A stretch of 63,885 nt of DNA, counting the filler, from Guillardia theta CCMP2712 (taxonomy: Eukaryota > Protista > Cryptophyta), in assembly GCF_000315625.1 (NCBI RefSeq). It is 6 parts of 6 records of this genome, joined end to end, with 100 filler letters (N's around TTAATTAATTAA, not from the genome) between each part and the next. Parts side by side here need not be neighbours in the genome. Positions count along the whole stretch, not along the records: positions 7,765 to 20,668 come from NW_005434597.1; positions 20,769 to 28,195 come from NW_005434234.1; 4 more parts are not named here. One strand, written 5' to 3'. The notes under the pieces are model-generated. The model saw only the letters and a list, made by a program, of their open reading frames with translations, did no database searches and had not been told where the DNA came from. Numbering within the stretch: position 1 is the first letter of the stretch; each line of letters starts with the position of its first letter. Shown piece after piece: positions 12,476 through 25,709 of this stretch. Position numbers and translations under genes: made by a program.

Positions 12476-15072
12476 TCAGATCTGCGTGTTGCCTGTGCGA
12501 TCTTTGTAGTGTTGCGAGACGCATGCGAGGGCATGGAGCAGGTCCATGTTCCGCAGGTGATGCTTCTGCAGCTGCTTGATCGCATCCTCCTGGTCTTCAT
12601 GTCAAGAGCTCCCAAACGAGAAGCGTCAGGTCACCTGTGCCACTAGCGAGCTCCTCTTCAGGGTCTCATTCTCCTGCACGACCACCTGCATGTCCATCCT
12701 CTCAGCTCGGAGCTGCCGCTCAAGCGTGCCTGACAGCTCCTCCTGCTCCTCAAGCTTTCGCTTCAGCATTTCCATGTCCTTTGTAGTTCTTGCCAGCATG
12801 TCGTCTCTGCTGCGGACCGCATCTGCCGCAGTCTTGCTGGCTCTACGGAGGTTCTCTTGAAGCTCTGAGTTCGCTTGCCGCAGAGATTCAACCTCCTCCC
12901 TTGTCGTGCTCGTCGCTTGCTGGTACCACTGCCCGCCCATCCCTTGCTCCTGCTCCAACATCTGCATGTCCTTCCCGCTGCTCTCATAGTCCACCGGGTT
13001 GCTGTAGGACGAGAGCTCTTGGAGCACGCTCCTCAGGGGATGAGCGTCCTCTGCAAGCGCAGGGCCGAACCAGTCGCGAGCAGAATCCTTGGAGAGCATC
13101 CCGCCGTCCCACGAGGACCTGTCTGTCTCCGGGGGCACCATGGAGCGAGCGCTTGCTATCCCATTGCCCTCCAGCCGGTGGCTCCAGTCCACCTGCGAGT
13201 GGGAGGAGGTCGTCCTGCCGTTCTCGAGCTTGTGGCCATCGTGGAAGCCGACTGAACGAGTCTTGCGGTACTGCTCGCAATCGCGGCAGCTGACGTCAGC
13301 CTGGGGCTCGAGGTAGCCGGGAGGGATGTGGCCGATCGTTTTATGTGCTGTCGTGAGGTGCCTGCTGCCGAGTCGCAGCTGGTCTGGGTTGTCGTTCTTG
13401 ACGATGAAGTGAGCCGTCAGCTTGTTGATGGTCTCGGCGTGTGCGTCGCGTTCTTGCAAGCACATGAGGTACTTCCTCTGATGCTCCTCGTGGCGAGACT
13501 GCAGCTGCTCGCTCCTGCTCTTGAGCTCCGAGTTCTCCTTTTTGAGTCGGAGGAGATCTTTCTGCAGGTCTCCCTCCTGCGACTGCTTTACAGTCTGGTT
13601 CCTGCGGAGCGTGTTGAGCTCTTGCTGCAGCTTCTCATGGTCCCTGGTGACAGCCATGGAGTTTTGCCGCTCTTGCTCCAGCATCAAGGAGACTTCACGC
13701 AGCTCCCTCTCCAGGCTCGCAACGACCTTCCTGCTCTCCTGCAGCTCCATAGCTGCTTGTGCAGCATTCTTCTGCGAGTCTGAGAGCAAGCTCAGCTGCC
13801 TCTCGTGCGAGCGGAGTGATTTCTCCATGTCTCGCGTGTGCTCCTCCATTGAACGAATCGCTCTAGTCTGCTGCGAGTTCTGTTCTTCAAGGTACTCAAG
13901 CTCCGAGGCGAGCTTCGTAGCCTCATCTCTTGCCAGCTGCTCGCTGATCTCTGCTTCCTTGAGCTTCTGCGACATGTTCTCGCACAGCTTCTCCTGCTTC
14001 CGCCTCGTCGCTTCGATCGCCGTCACCTCCGCCTCCATGCGGAAGATCCTCTCGCACCCCTTGGCCAGCTCGTCCATGATCTCCGACTCCACGTTGAGCA
14101 GCCTTGACTTCTCCTCTTGCAGCTTCGAGACCTCTGCTTCATACGTCCTCGTCCTCTCCTCCAACTCTGTCGCGAGGCTGTCGAAGGCTGCTTTGAGTCC
14201 GTCGAGGTCGGATAGCACGTTTCCGCTAGGGTTGAAGGGAGAGGGAGGCTTGACCGAGAGGTCCTTCTGTCAACGAGCAGAGGTCAAGCACACCGCAAGC
14301 AGCTCATTCGACTTACCATGCGCCCTAGGAAATGGTCCAGGCTTCTCCTCGTCTGCTCGCGTGCGGAAGCGATCTCACGAGTCGCATCTTGCAGCCTTCG
14401 ATCCTGCTCTTGTCTTTCTGCGGTGTTTGCGGCTTCGCTAGGACGTTTGACGTCAGGACGATCGTCCTTGCCAGTCGAAAGCAGCAGCTTCTCGAGCTCC
14501 TGGATGTGAGATCGGAGGAGACCCTGAGACTTCGAGCTCGCCGACGACAATCTTCTCAGCTCGTTGTTGATCCGCAGGGCAAACTCGAGCTGTTGCGGCG
14601 AGCCATCGATCTCTGCCTGCTCCGCAAGTTGTCCCACTAGCGCAGCAACATCGCGCATGCTCTCAACCCACCACTTGTAATCTCTCTTCACGTCCATCGT
14701 GATGACCCTGCCGTCTAGGTTCTTCTTCACACGAAGCTGAACTTGGGAGCCAATGAGGTTGGAGCCTCTCAGGAGGGATAGGATGTTGTTCTCGTTGGTG
14801 ACCTCTCCATCCACACTGATGATCTCATCGTGTGCTTCAATCCTCTCTTGCTCCTGCATGTCCGTCGGTCCTCCGGGTATCACCCCAGTCACGATCGTTC
14901 CATTCACAACTAAGCCCAACGTGCTGTCAGAAGAACCCGGCAGGCTGAACTTGTGCCGCAGCCTCTCGATCTCCTTCGTCATGCTTGCCATGCTTACGAG
15001 GTAGATGGCAGACGCCTGCATACAAGAGTTAGACCGGCAATTACTGTGATCTCGGGCAGATTGCCGCTTCAT
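12476..15072 (-). CDS. PDZ-domain coiled-coil protein (multi-exon)
   Basis: STLGLVVNGTIVTGVIPGGP...DEIISVDG...LRGSNLIGSQVQLRVKK is PDZ-like, followed by about 600 aa of heptad-rich sequence. Start at 14991 or 15072. Confidence 0.75.
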
Positions 15073-16460
15073 CAGTCAAGTACAGCATTGTACTAACGGA
15101 TCAGATCCAGGTGTTCTTGATTGCAAATCAGTCAAGTACTATCAGCGTGATCTATGTCCCTTCTTCTCTGACTTCTCACCACCCTGCCTTGCCCAACCAC
15201 TTCACCCGGACCCGCCGCTTGCCAGTTTGCTCGGATGACTCATCGTGAGTCGCAATCCGCTCCACTGCCACTCTCGCTGCTGCTCTACCCATTCTGGCTG
15301 AAGAGCTTCATATGAAGTGGGAGGAAGACCTCATCTCAAGTCTCCCTCTACCGTTCTCTCCATCATCTCCTCCTGCTCTCCTCCTCCTCCTCCTCCTCCT
15401 CCTCCTCGGCCGCTGCCAGATCGCCATTGACCGAACTTGCCCCAGTCGTCAAAACTGCCAAGTGATGGACCCTCATCCCCCAACAACTCCAAATAGAATA
15501 CCACCCTCATCGCCTCTACCCCCTGGATCGTGGTAAAATCACCCCGTCCTCATAGTCCCCTCTACATCACTACCCTTACCCTCCAAAAGCCCTCACCGTA
15601 CCCTACCCATTTCTATTCGTTACTACCCACGGTATGTCAACGATCAATGTACCCCACCCTTCATTCATATGTAAACTACCCCTACCTACCTGAGGAATTT
15701 TTCACCCCTACCCCCTCATCAGGCTGCTTCCCTTCCCGCGCTTTCCGCTTTCCAACCGTCCCAGAATGCAGAAGAGGGAAGGGAAGGGAAGGGAAGGGAA
15801 GGGAAGGGAAGGGAAGGGAAGAGAGAGACAGGAGGAAAGAGAGATTCTCAGATTCAAACGATGAGGGGATCGATGCAAGGAAAGCAGCAAGCTGAAACTT
15901 GAAAAGATGTTTGCGGAAAATGTAAGGAGGTAAAGCGAGATGAGAGGTGAGTTGCCTGGAGTGTGCGACATGGGTATCAAGGATCATGGTGCGACTGTGA
16001 GTAGAATACACTGGACCGCAATATGGCCTGTGCTGAATATCGAAAGGCATTGCAGACAGGGATGAATGCAGCAGCTGACAGGATCGATCGTTGCTTGACA
16101 TGGAAAAGCTTCAGCACGAGGATAGTTTCGTGGAGATCTGGCGCATGAGGAGCAGTGGAATGCGCTGGCAGGGACATGAAATCATGTTGGAGATGCAGAA
16201 TTGAGCGATGGGAGGAGTTGGTAGTGGGAAGAGGAGGGCCTTGAACGCAATGGTGGTGGACGCAACTTGAACTTGCTGGATTCAGAGAATGTGTCTTACA
16301 TCGAGCGAGTACGATGAGGTCCGAGGACAGTGACTTAGCGCGAGGTAGGAGGTCACCCGACAGCAAGCAAATCAGACAAGGAGCTGTAGGATGCTTGACT
16401 CGCGACTGATGAAGGTTTTGACAGGAGCTTTCTGAATCAGATTGTTCATTTGCGTTGAGA

Positions 16461-16953
16461 ATGGATTTCGAGGGTGAAGGCGATGTGAGTTGAGGAGGTT
16501 TGGTTGAAGATTGGATGCTGATAGAGCGTGAACAGAGAACATTCAACCAGGATGAGGTTTATCAAGTTGTCAAGGAGGTCAGTCATGATGCGCAATGTCA
16601 CTTTCTGCTGATGGTGTTGGCTTGCAGTCTGTTGATGCTGTCTTGACCAACGCCTCCTACCTGCATGCTAAAGTCCCACAGTGGCAATCGATGATAGTAG
16701 AAAGCATCCTCAAGCGTCTAGCCACTCTCAACAAACCTTTCAAGTTTGTCGGTGAGTCAGGGAATCGGGAGCTGTTTGATGTCTCTGACTGGCCTCGTTC
16801 TCAGTCACCTCGATGATCTCTCAGAACACCGGAGGAGCTACGCATACCGCACACACTTGCTTCTGGGATGCAGAGACTGATGGATTCGCTAAGTATCGCT
16901 TCGACAACCCGACGCTCGTGTGCCTGACGACAGTCTACGGCATGGGAATCTGA
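16461..16953 (+). CDS. Tctex-1 type dynein light chain (4 exons)
   Basis: Spliced: MDFEGEGD/RTFNQDEVYQVVKE/SVDAVLTNASYLHAKVPQW..LNKPFKFV/VTSMISQNTGG..CFWDAETDG..CLTTVYGMGI*. Confidence 0.9.
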
Positions 16954-17059
16954 TCACAGGAGGCCTCTGCCGTTTCTTGCTCTCTCTCTCGCTCGATCCC
17001 ATGGAATGTAAATGTACTTGTCGTGATATACATGGTTTGCGCAAACAGCCTCCCGTGCA

Positions 17060-20000
17060 AGCTTCACGGGTCCTCCTGCTCCGCGTCCTCCTCCTGGTTG
17101 GCCTGCACGAGCTGCGGGACTTGAGATGTTGAAGCTGACGAAGCAGAGGTACCTTGCCAAGCATCTCTCCTCCTTCATCCCAGGCACAAACCTTCGCAGC
17201 AAGCGTCACGTCTCTGCCTGTCGCGACAGAGGAAACGCTCGCCTGTCTTGTGCTGCACGACAGCAGCGCGTAGGAGGAGACGGTCTCGGGGACTTCGATG
17301 CTCTGCTCGTCCAGCAGCATGTCCGAGCTCAGTTTCCCGCGCCTCCTTCGAGGTCGCAGGTGAAGCGCCGGGGGCAGCGCCGGGCTGAGAGGAGGAGAAG
17401 GCGTGAGAGGAGGGATGAGTAGAACAAGTTGAGGACCCTGCAGTAGCAGAGGGCGCGAGCTGTATGCTCCTCACAGCCTCCTTGTGCGCCCTCCAGCAGT
17501 GCATGGGCTTCACGCAGTTGGCATCAAAGATGGGCTCGAGCGAAGGTCTGAGAAGACCGTGAGCGACTGACTGACAGCAAAGAACAAGCCGAACGAAGAG
17601 AACAAGGGCAGGAGCAGGGGCAGGAGGAGCAGCTGGGGTAGGGGCAGGGGCAGGAGGGGCAGGGGTAGTAGTAGAAGGGGAGACCGACCGAAGCTTTTCA
17701 GCGGCAGAATCTTCACGAATGGTCAGTGAGAGATCTTGAGGATACGGCAACTAAACACAGACGTGAGAGATGGGAGAAGGCAAACGGGGGGTGAGAGGAG
17801 AGGAAAGAAGGAAAGAGGTAGGAATACATTTCGATGCAAGACGGCGAAGTCGATGTCGTCGATGGGCGAGTCTGCAGTGACGTCAGCACAACAAGTTGTT
17901 TCAAGGCAGTCGATTCACGTCGTTGAGGGGATCGAGCTTGACCCCATCGCAACCCTTCCTTGGAGAGAAATCGAAGCCTGCTCCTCCTCTCAGATCCTCT
18001 GCCTCCAGCAGCTCCTGCTCACCTGGGCGAGGTCGGGGATCGCAGCGGGGATCGGAGGGGAGAGGTAGGAGCTTCTTTCGTCTCCACCATCGTCGCTATC
18101 GCCTCCTTCATCGCCTCCTTCACCTTCGGGTCGATCGGGAGGATTCTGCTTGTCTGGCTCCTCACCACAAACTTCTCTGCCAGCGGCATGCGCGGGCTGC
18201 TGGTCCCGCTGAGCATGCTCGCCCTGCGAGGAGAGGAGGCGGTGGGAGAGAAGGGGGAGGAGGCACGGGGAGACACGGCATGCTGGTCGTAGAACCAGTC
18301 GCGCTCGACCTTTCGCAGGGGCTTCAAGTTGTAGGAGAGGACGAGGCCGGAGCTCGTGCCCACCCACAGCATCTTCTTAGCAGCGTTGAAGCACGCTGAG
18401 CAGGGAGTATCTCGCTGGGGCTTGACGAGGGGGGGAGAGGAGGAGGAAGAGGATCTTTCAACGAGGAGGAGCGGGTGGACGATGCAGGAAAGGACGCAGA
18501 CGACTCGTGGAGATGTCCAGGGCAGAGACCACAAGATGATGTGCCCCAGCGCGTCTGCTGAGAGGAGGCAGGAGAGGTCGTCTGCCTGCACGAACTCTAG
18601 CAGCGTCACTTCGCTCGTGTGCCCCCGACACCTCCCCGCGAGTTTCAGCTGCCCTGACGTGACCAGCTGCAGGCGACCGCTGGCCTCCCCTGCGGCAAGA
18701 TGCTGGGAAGCCAATTAGGATAGAAGGGAGTGGAGAGGAGAGAAGAGGCGAGGAGAGGAGAGGAGAGGAGAGGAGAGGAGAGGAGAGGAGAGGAGAGGAG
18801 AGGAGAGGAGAGGAGAGGAGAGGAGAGGAGAGGAAGATGAGGTGAGATGAAGCGAGGAGTGGTGAAGAAAGGAGGGGAGAACAGAGGAGAGGTAGGGCAG
18901 GAGAGGGGAGGGGAGAGCGATGGAAAGGAGAGCGCGAGGGGAGCGAGGAGGAAGAAACCAACCCGTCCTTGCAGCAGTAGGCGATGCAAGTGATATCAGA
19001 GAAGAAGTTGTTAAAAGTTCTGACCGACGACATCTCGACGAGCCCTGGGCTGTGATCATGCAGGAGAATCGTCTTGTCCCATCCCGCAGACACGACCTGA
19101 TGGGAAGATGAGGCGGGACAAGGAAGGAGGGAGGCCAGTCAAGAAAATGACCAGGAGCGGAGTTGGGGAAAGAAGCAGCAGGAGCAGGAGGATGTTGAGG
19201 AGGAGGATGTTGAGGAGGAGGAGGAGGATATTGGAGAGGAGGAGCAGGAGGAGCAGGAGCAGGAGCAGGAGGAGGAGGAGGAGGAGGAGCAGGGGGAGGA
19301 GGAGGAGGATATTGGAGAGGAGGAGCAGGTTGAGTAGGAGGAGGAGCAGGAGCAGGAGCAGGAGCAGGAGAAGGAGGAGGCGAAATTGTTCACCTCTGAT
19401 GATTTTTCGAGGAAGAGGATGGCGGAGACGCACGCGGCGTGAGACCTCAGGCTCCTCAAGATTCTCCCGCTGGTGTAGGAGAAGATGCGCACCCCACCTT
19501 CCTCGTCCCCCAGCACCAGCATCTTGCCGCTTCACCAGTGTCAAGGCAGGAAGGAAGGAGGGGAGGGGAGGGGAGGAGAGGAGAGGAGAGGAGAGGAGAG
19601 GAGAGGAGAGGAGAGGAGAGGAGAGGAGAGGAGAGGAGAGGAGAAGAGTGGAGTGGAGTGGAGTGGAGCGGAGGCTCACTTGGAAGACAAGCAAGCACTC
19701 GTCAAGTTGCCCCCGGGGGGAGGAAGAAGCGACGCAGGAAGGAGCCTGTCCTTGCGCAGTAGACCCGCACGCTGAGGCTTGAGACGACGACGACGCTCTT
19801 GGATCTTGACTCCAAGCTACTCCAAACGATCGGGCCATCGCGATCTCCTGCCTCCTCGCTGCACGCAGACAAGTCACCCTCGTCCTCCTCTCGCTCTCCT
19901 CCCCTCTCACCTGCCGGCGTACTCGAGGGACAGCAAGCGACTCGTGCTGTGCTGCCCGGAGGTCGCCATGGCGACGTGCAGTCGGCGCTTGCAGGGGTTG

Positions 20001-20420
20001 AAGGCGACGGAGGTGACGGAGTAACGATTTGAAATCTCCATCGCATCTGTCGGGAGAGATGAGAACAAGGTAGGAAGACGAAGAGAGGAGTAAGAAGGGC
20101 AAAGGAACAGAAGGCAGGAGGAGGAGCAGGAGGAGCAGGAGCAGGAGCAGGAGGAGCAGGAGGAGGAGGAAGAAGACGACGATGACGAGGAGGAGGAGCA
20201 GGAGCAGGAGCAGGAGGAAGACGACGACGACGAGGAGGAGGAGGAGGAGGGGGGGGGAGGTTGTCACCAGCGAGGCCCAGATACTCGACAAGGAGGTCAA
20301 CAGCTTTCACAGTGTGCAAGCAGAAGAAGTGACGATGATCCCACACCTTCACCACCGCCTGTCCTCCTCCTCCTCCTCAGCTCGCCACCCGTTCACGTCA
20401 CATGCGCTTGCCTGACGGCA
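17060..20420 (-). CDS. WD40-repeat protein (multi-exon, 5' end in gap)
   Basis: VKVWDHRHF, VLGDEEGGVRIF, SAGWDKTILLHD, GHTSEVTLLEF..LLSADALGHIILW, WRAHKEAVRSIQL, VCAWD. Ends approximate. Confidence 0.75.
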
Positions 20421-20832
20421 GATGGTGACGACATGCTGCGGGGGGGGCTGACGAAAAATACTGAAAGCGACACCGGTGAGGAGAGGAGAGGAGGGGAGGG
20501 GAGGGGAGGGGAGAGGAGAGGAGAGGAGAGAAGGGAGGGGAGAGGAGAGGATGGAGGGCAGAGGAGGGCAGGGCAGGGGAGGAGAGGAGAGGAGAGGAGA
20601 GGAGAGGAGAGGAGAGGAGAGAAGGGAGGGAGAGGAGAGTGTTTGTTGTACCTCCTGCTATGCGGATGNNNNNNNNNNNNNNNNNNNNNNNNNNNNNNNN
20701 NNNNNNNNNNNNTTAATTAATTAANNNNNNNNNNNNNNNNNNNNNNNNNNNNNNNNNNNNNNNNNNNNCCCCCCATCCCCCCCCCCCTCGCCTGCTGCTG
20801 CTGCTGCTGCTGCTACTCCTCCTCGTCGTCAG

Positions 20833-21762
20833 GATCTTTGTTCTTGTATGCCTCTTCTCAGGCCTCCCCCTCTTTCTCTGCCGTACATCAGTCTTGTGGC
20901 GTCCTGCGACTGAAGTCAGTCAAGACCTTGACAGCAGCGAGCAAGCACCGTCATCCGGCAGCTTCACTAGCTTCGAGGACATCCTTCCTGCTCGGCACAT
21001 CAGCGCTGCTCCCTCTCCTACTCGCTCCACCATTGCCCGCTATGATGTGACTGGACTGCCCGCTGATTCCTGACAACATCTCTATCAACATCTGCTGCAG
21101 GCAAGAGCAAGTTACCCGGGTGAAGGCACTTGTCGCCATTGTCGCGCTTCTGAATCTGAGAGGTGAAGGTGACAAGAAGCAGAGAAGGAGCAAGGAGGAG
21201 AGCGGAGGAGCAATGAGGAGAGAAGAGGAGCAGCTACCAAGATCGCTTCATCCCCTCCCTGATGCCCTTCATTGTTGGAGTTGCAAAGCTCAAGAGCCCT
21301 GCAAGCGGGTCAGCGAGCATGAGGGCCAGAGGCAGAAGAGGCAGGGGAGGCAGGAGGCGAACGCCCTACCTCAACATGGAGTCACATGCTGAGCACACAG
21401 CAACTTAACTTGCACTTCATCCACGTCCTTCAACTTGAGCTGAGCTGTCAGCATCAGGAGTGAGCGAACATCGACTGCTGAAGACAAGAGACAGAAGTTG
21501 TTTGACATGCTCTCATGACATTCAGAATTTCCTTGACACCAGTATCATCTCGTTTCACCTGCCTCCATCTGCTTCTTGTCCTCCTCTTACCATCACTTCT
21601 GCCTCCTCTTCTCTTCCTCCTCTTCTTCCTGTCTCCTCCTGTCTCCTCCTGTCTCCTCCTCCTCCTCCTCCTCCTCCTCCTCCTCCTCCTCCTCCCTGTT
21701 CTGTATCCTGGAGGTGACACTGCAGCCATGCCGCTATACTCGACCGTGATCCCCATCATCAC
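20833..21762 (-). CDS. Hypothetical multi-exon gene, or upstream part of the WD40 gene
   Basis: Short coding-like segments bounded by GT/AG. No recognisable domain, and separated from the WD40 exons by an assembly spacer. Confidence 0.3.
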
Positions 21763-22407
21763 ATTTCACTACCCCCCCACGTCATAATATACCCGTATAC
21801 TTCAGTGTCAATTTATGTTCCAAGTAGGGGTCTATGTCAGAGACCACCCACATGTCAGAGTACCCCACCCACCTATTTCTAAAAGTAGAAAAGAGGCTCT
21901 CGACTGTCGGACAGCCGCTTGAGTCTCACTGTCCTAGTCAGTCTCAGTTCCCCCGGGCCCGCCGGGTCCCGCGCCGGGCGCCCGGCCGGGCACTGATCCG
22001 ATGCCACGGAGTCCGGCCCGGGATGCATCAGCCTGTTACCGTGACAGGTCATACGGCGAGCCAGTGTCAGAGAAACTGAGTGAGAACCAACCCAGCCGCA
22101 TGGTCCGATCCTGCCAGTGCCGGGCCACTCGACATCAATCAGTGTAACAAGACTCAGTGAGTTTTTGCTCAAGACCGAGTTTACTATGATGCGCGCGAAA
22201 CCAGACTAGGTTGAGGAGAAGCTGCCGTCACGGTACGGTACTAAGTACCGGGGCCGATCCGATCACTGTGACGGTGGCACCGGCCGCGCGTGACTCTCAC
22301 GGGCCCGGGGGGTGACGGGCCCGCCGGGACTCCGGATCCGAGCGACTGATAGCCCATAACGGTCAAGTAACGATTTTTTGTATTTGAAACGGTCAAACAT
22401 CCGTGGA

Positions 22408-22984
22408 ATGCAGTCAATGGTGGGGGGTGGGGGAGGAGGAGGAGGAGGAGGAGGAGGAGGAGGAGGAGGGTGGAGTCAAGCTGGGCTGACTGGAAGTAGC
22501 TGGGGGGGTCAGGGTCTTGCTTCCAGCGGTTCATGGTCAGCAGCGCCACACTCCAGAGTTGAGCCGCAGCAACCGATGGCGCCGCCGAGTCAAGGACCCT
22601 GGCATGGCAGCGGGCAAGTGCATTTCCCTCCCCGGTCATACTCTCCTGTCGACCTGTCTCAGACCCCATGGGCGGATCCTCCTCAGCTCGGAGGAGGCAA
22701 CCAGGGGGTAACTTTCAACCTTCCCAACCCCCCTGCAGGGCAAGAGCTCGCGCTCTACGCCTCGCATGGAGGGATGAGCCAGCAGCAGCCTTATGCTTAC
22801 CCTCCTCCTCCTGCCTTCTCAGAACCTCCCAGCACTAACATGATCGGCTTGGCGAGCATGATGGTGGGGATGCTACTGGCGTTGAGCTTTACATCGCTCT
22901 ACTTCTCAGTGGTAGGGTGTGAGGCGGAGGGAGTGCGGGTGACTTTAATCTCAGACCGCGTACGTCAAGGCCTTCAACGTCTGA
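22408..22984 (+). CDS. Hypothetical G/P/Q-rich protein with a C-terminal transmembrane helix (tail-anchored-like)
   Basis: ATG at 22408 and hydrophobic IGLASMMVGMLLALSFTSLYFSV. A GT..CAG intron then gives TAYVKAFNV*. Confidence 0.5.
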
Positions 22985-23197
22985 GTGATCGTCCTCTTGC
23001 GCCTGAGCTGGTCAGCAGGCATGTCAGGTCAGCAAGCGCGGAGTGAGTGGGAGGAGAACAACCAAGACAACAGGTTAACAAGTTCTTCGAGACTGGTCAA
23101 GGGAGGAGAGACGGCAAGGAGCAGACTAGGAGGAGGAGGAGGAGGGAGGGAGGATAGAGGATGTGTCTGTGAGTTTATTCCATCAAATATTCCTACT

Positions 23198-24976
23198 TCA
23201 GTGCTTCAAACCGCTCAGCTGTCAAGAGGCGTCAGGCTCTCCCTCATCTCCCCGTGCCTCTCTTACCATGGCGCGAAGGTCATCGAGATCCGCTGACGGA
23301 GCGACCTGCACGGTATCGGTGCTGCCCTCGTCGGGCTTCGGCACGCTGTAGGCGAACTGAACGCCCTGCGGGAGCTGCTGCTCGTCTGAGGTGAGACAAG
23401 AGGCTCGGAGAGGAGCCGCTACCTGAGTCGAGCTGGTGGCAGCCCCAGCAGCCGAGACTTCGGAGTCGTCCTCCAGAGTGATGCCCCACTCGTTCTCCTG
23501 CAAGAGGAGGGGGCTCAGTCGCTCGTGCCTCCTCCTCGAGCCTGACTCACCTGCGGTGCTGCAGCCTCCTCGGCGGCCTCTTCCTTGCGCTCGTCCCATC
23601 CCTTGAGGACCTTATCTGCCTTGCCGCTCTTCTTGTACTCCTGGAACACCTTCTGGTTCCGCACGCAGTTGGAGTCTTCACACTGAGGGTTCGGGTGAAG
23701 TCCGTAGGTGGGGAAGAAGTTCTTGAAGGCGTTGTATCCCAGGTACTCCGCCACCTCCCCGAACTCCAGGAGGTACTTGAGCGCGTTCTGCACCAGCAGC
23801 CCCGCCACCACCCCCATCGTCGTCGGCAGCGAAGCAGCGCAGACGTTCTCGCGCTTGAGCTTCTTCTCGTCGAAGCCAGAGGTCGTCACGAGAGGAGGCA
23901 GGCAGCGGAAGCAGGCGAGCCTACCAGGCACCAGCCACTGGATGTGACCCGACATGGCGTCCTCCGACACTCCTGACTCCATCCACACCACCTGCAGCTC
24001 GTTGCATGCCGCGTTGATCGCCATGCGAGCCGCAAAGTTGTCGACGCAGCTGAGGACGAGGTCAACGGGACCTCCGTTCAGACCGCCATGCTTGATGCGA
24101 TCCATGAAGTTCTCGAAGTTGTCGTTGGTGGTGATGTTGTGGCAGAACGACTCGAACTGAACGTCGGGATTGATGGCGGCCAACGTCTGAGCTGCTGCAT
24201 CTGTCTTGCTCATCCCTGCTTGCTCGGGACGGAAGAACAACCTGCCAGTCCAAGATGAGAACGGAGGGAATGAAGGAGGAGAGGAAGGGAGGGAGAAGAG
24301 GAAGGGAGGGAACTGGGAGTCTTAAAGATTTGACCTGTTCATGTTTGCGATCTCAACCGTGTCGTAGTCAAAGAGGAGGAGTTTTCCTTGTCAACGAGTC
24401 AGCGTCTTCCTCCTCCTCGCTCTCTTTCCTCACCGATCCCGCATCTCGTGAGCATCTCCCCTGCTACACTTCCTATACCTCCCATCCCCACTATGATGAT
24501 GCTGAACTTGCGAATGTCCTGCTCCCTAGCTCGTCAGTGCCCTCGGCCTGCCAGCGCTCCCTCGACCTCGTAGTTCTTGACGATCCCCATGGACTTAAGG
24601 GCCATCAAGCGGCTGCTGCACGTTCAGAGGGAGCAGGAGAAGCACCCGCACACCTGTAGGGGTTGTCGTCTCTGACCTCTGACGACATCTGAGAGATCTT
24701 GCCGCGGTAGTGGCCGCCGCTCCCCGCTTCTTGCCGAGCGCCGCTCCCTGCTAGGGTCTCAACCGGCCGAGCAAGGCAGTCACTCCTCACCGATGCTCTG
24801 CAGCTCCTGACGCATCGCCTGGAGCTCCGACCGCAAGCTGTCCGTCTCGAGGGCGTTGAGATGGTTCTGCAAGAGACGTGTGAGCTCTTTCTCACCTCGA
24901 TCTCGATCTCCTCCGCGCTTACCTGCATCTTCTCGAGGCAGGCGAGCAGACGTTCCTCCTTCTCCTGGATGGACAT
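23198..24976 (-). CDS. UBA5: UFM1-activating E1 enzyme UBA5 (multi-exon)
   Basis: [84 protein letters not shown]-like NEWGITL and C-terminal DLDDLRAM. Confidence 0.96.
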
Positions 24977-25709
24977 GGCGAATAACCTGAGCACAAGAAG
25001 CGTGAGGCAGGCACTGAAGCTTCACATCTTGCTGCTTCTGCAGAGGATTGTTACTCTTGTCACTTTCTCTACAACCCCGATTGACTATCCATCGCTGTCA
25101 CATCACCAGACCAACGACTATTCCCCTCCTACCATAGTGATCTCCTGCTGATCGTTTCCTTCTTCCTTCCTTCCTCCTCTCTCTTCCTCCTGCCTTCCTG
25201 CTCTCGCTCTCCCTCTCCCTCCCTCCTATCCCTCTATACCCCGTAGCAGGTCACATTACGCGTGGCCGCCTGCGACTGTTACTGTCATATCAACAAAGTT
25301 TTAAAATAGTAACGGTCACCCACATCCCCGCTCAGACCAGAGTTCATTTCAACGATTTACAATCGCCATGCCAGGAAATTTCGAGGCAGGGGAGATGGCG
25401 AGGGAGGGAGGAGGAGGAGCGGGAGGAGGAGGAGGAGGAGGGAGCTAACAAGTTCAAGCACAGAGACATAGAGATGAGCTGATGACACTGTTGGCTACTT
25501 GAGCACAAGCTCTTGACACCTCCACGGAACGAGCAAGGGGAGGCAAGGCCTGACTTGAAGAGTTCTTCGGACAGAGCCTTTCAGTTGTATCACGACCAAT
25601 GTTGCCCTTTACAGACATGAGCGACATGAGCTGCGAGCAGTGAGCGAGGTCGCAAAGCAGAGCTCATCGGAGTATTTGTGTGAGGTTCAACCTGTAAGGA
25701 GTTGCTGGA

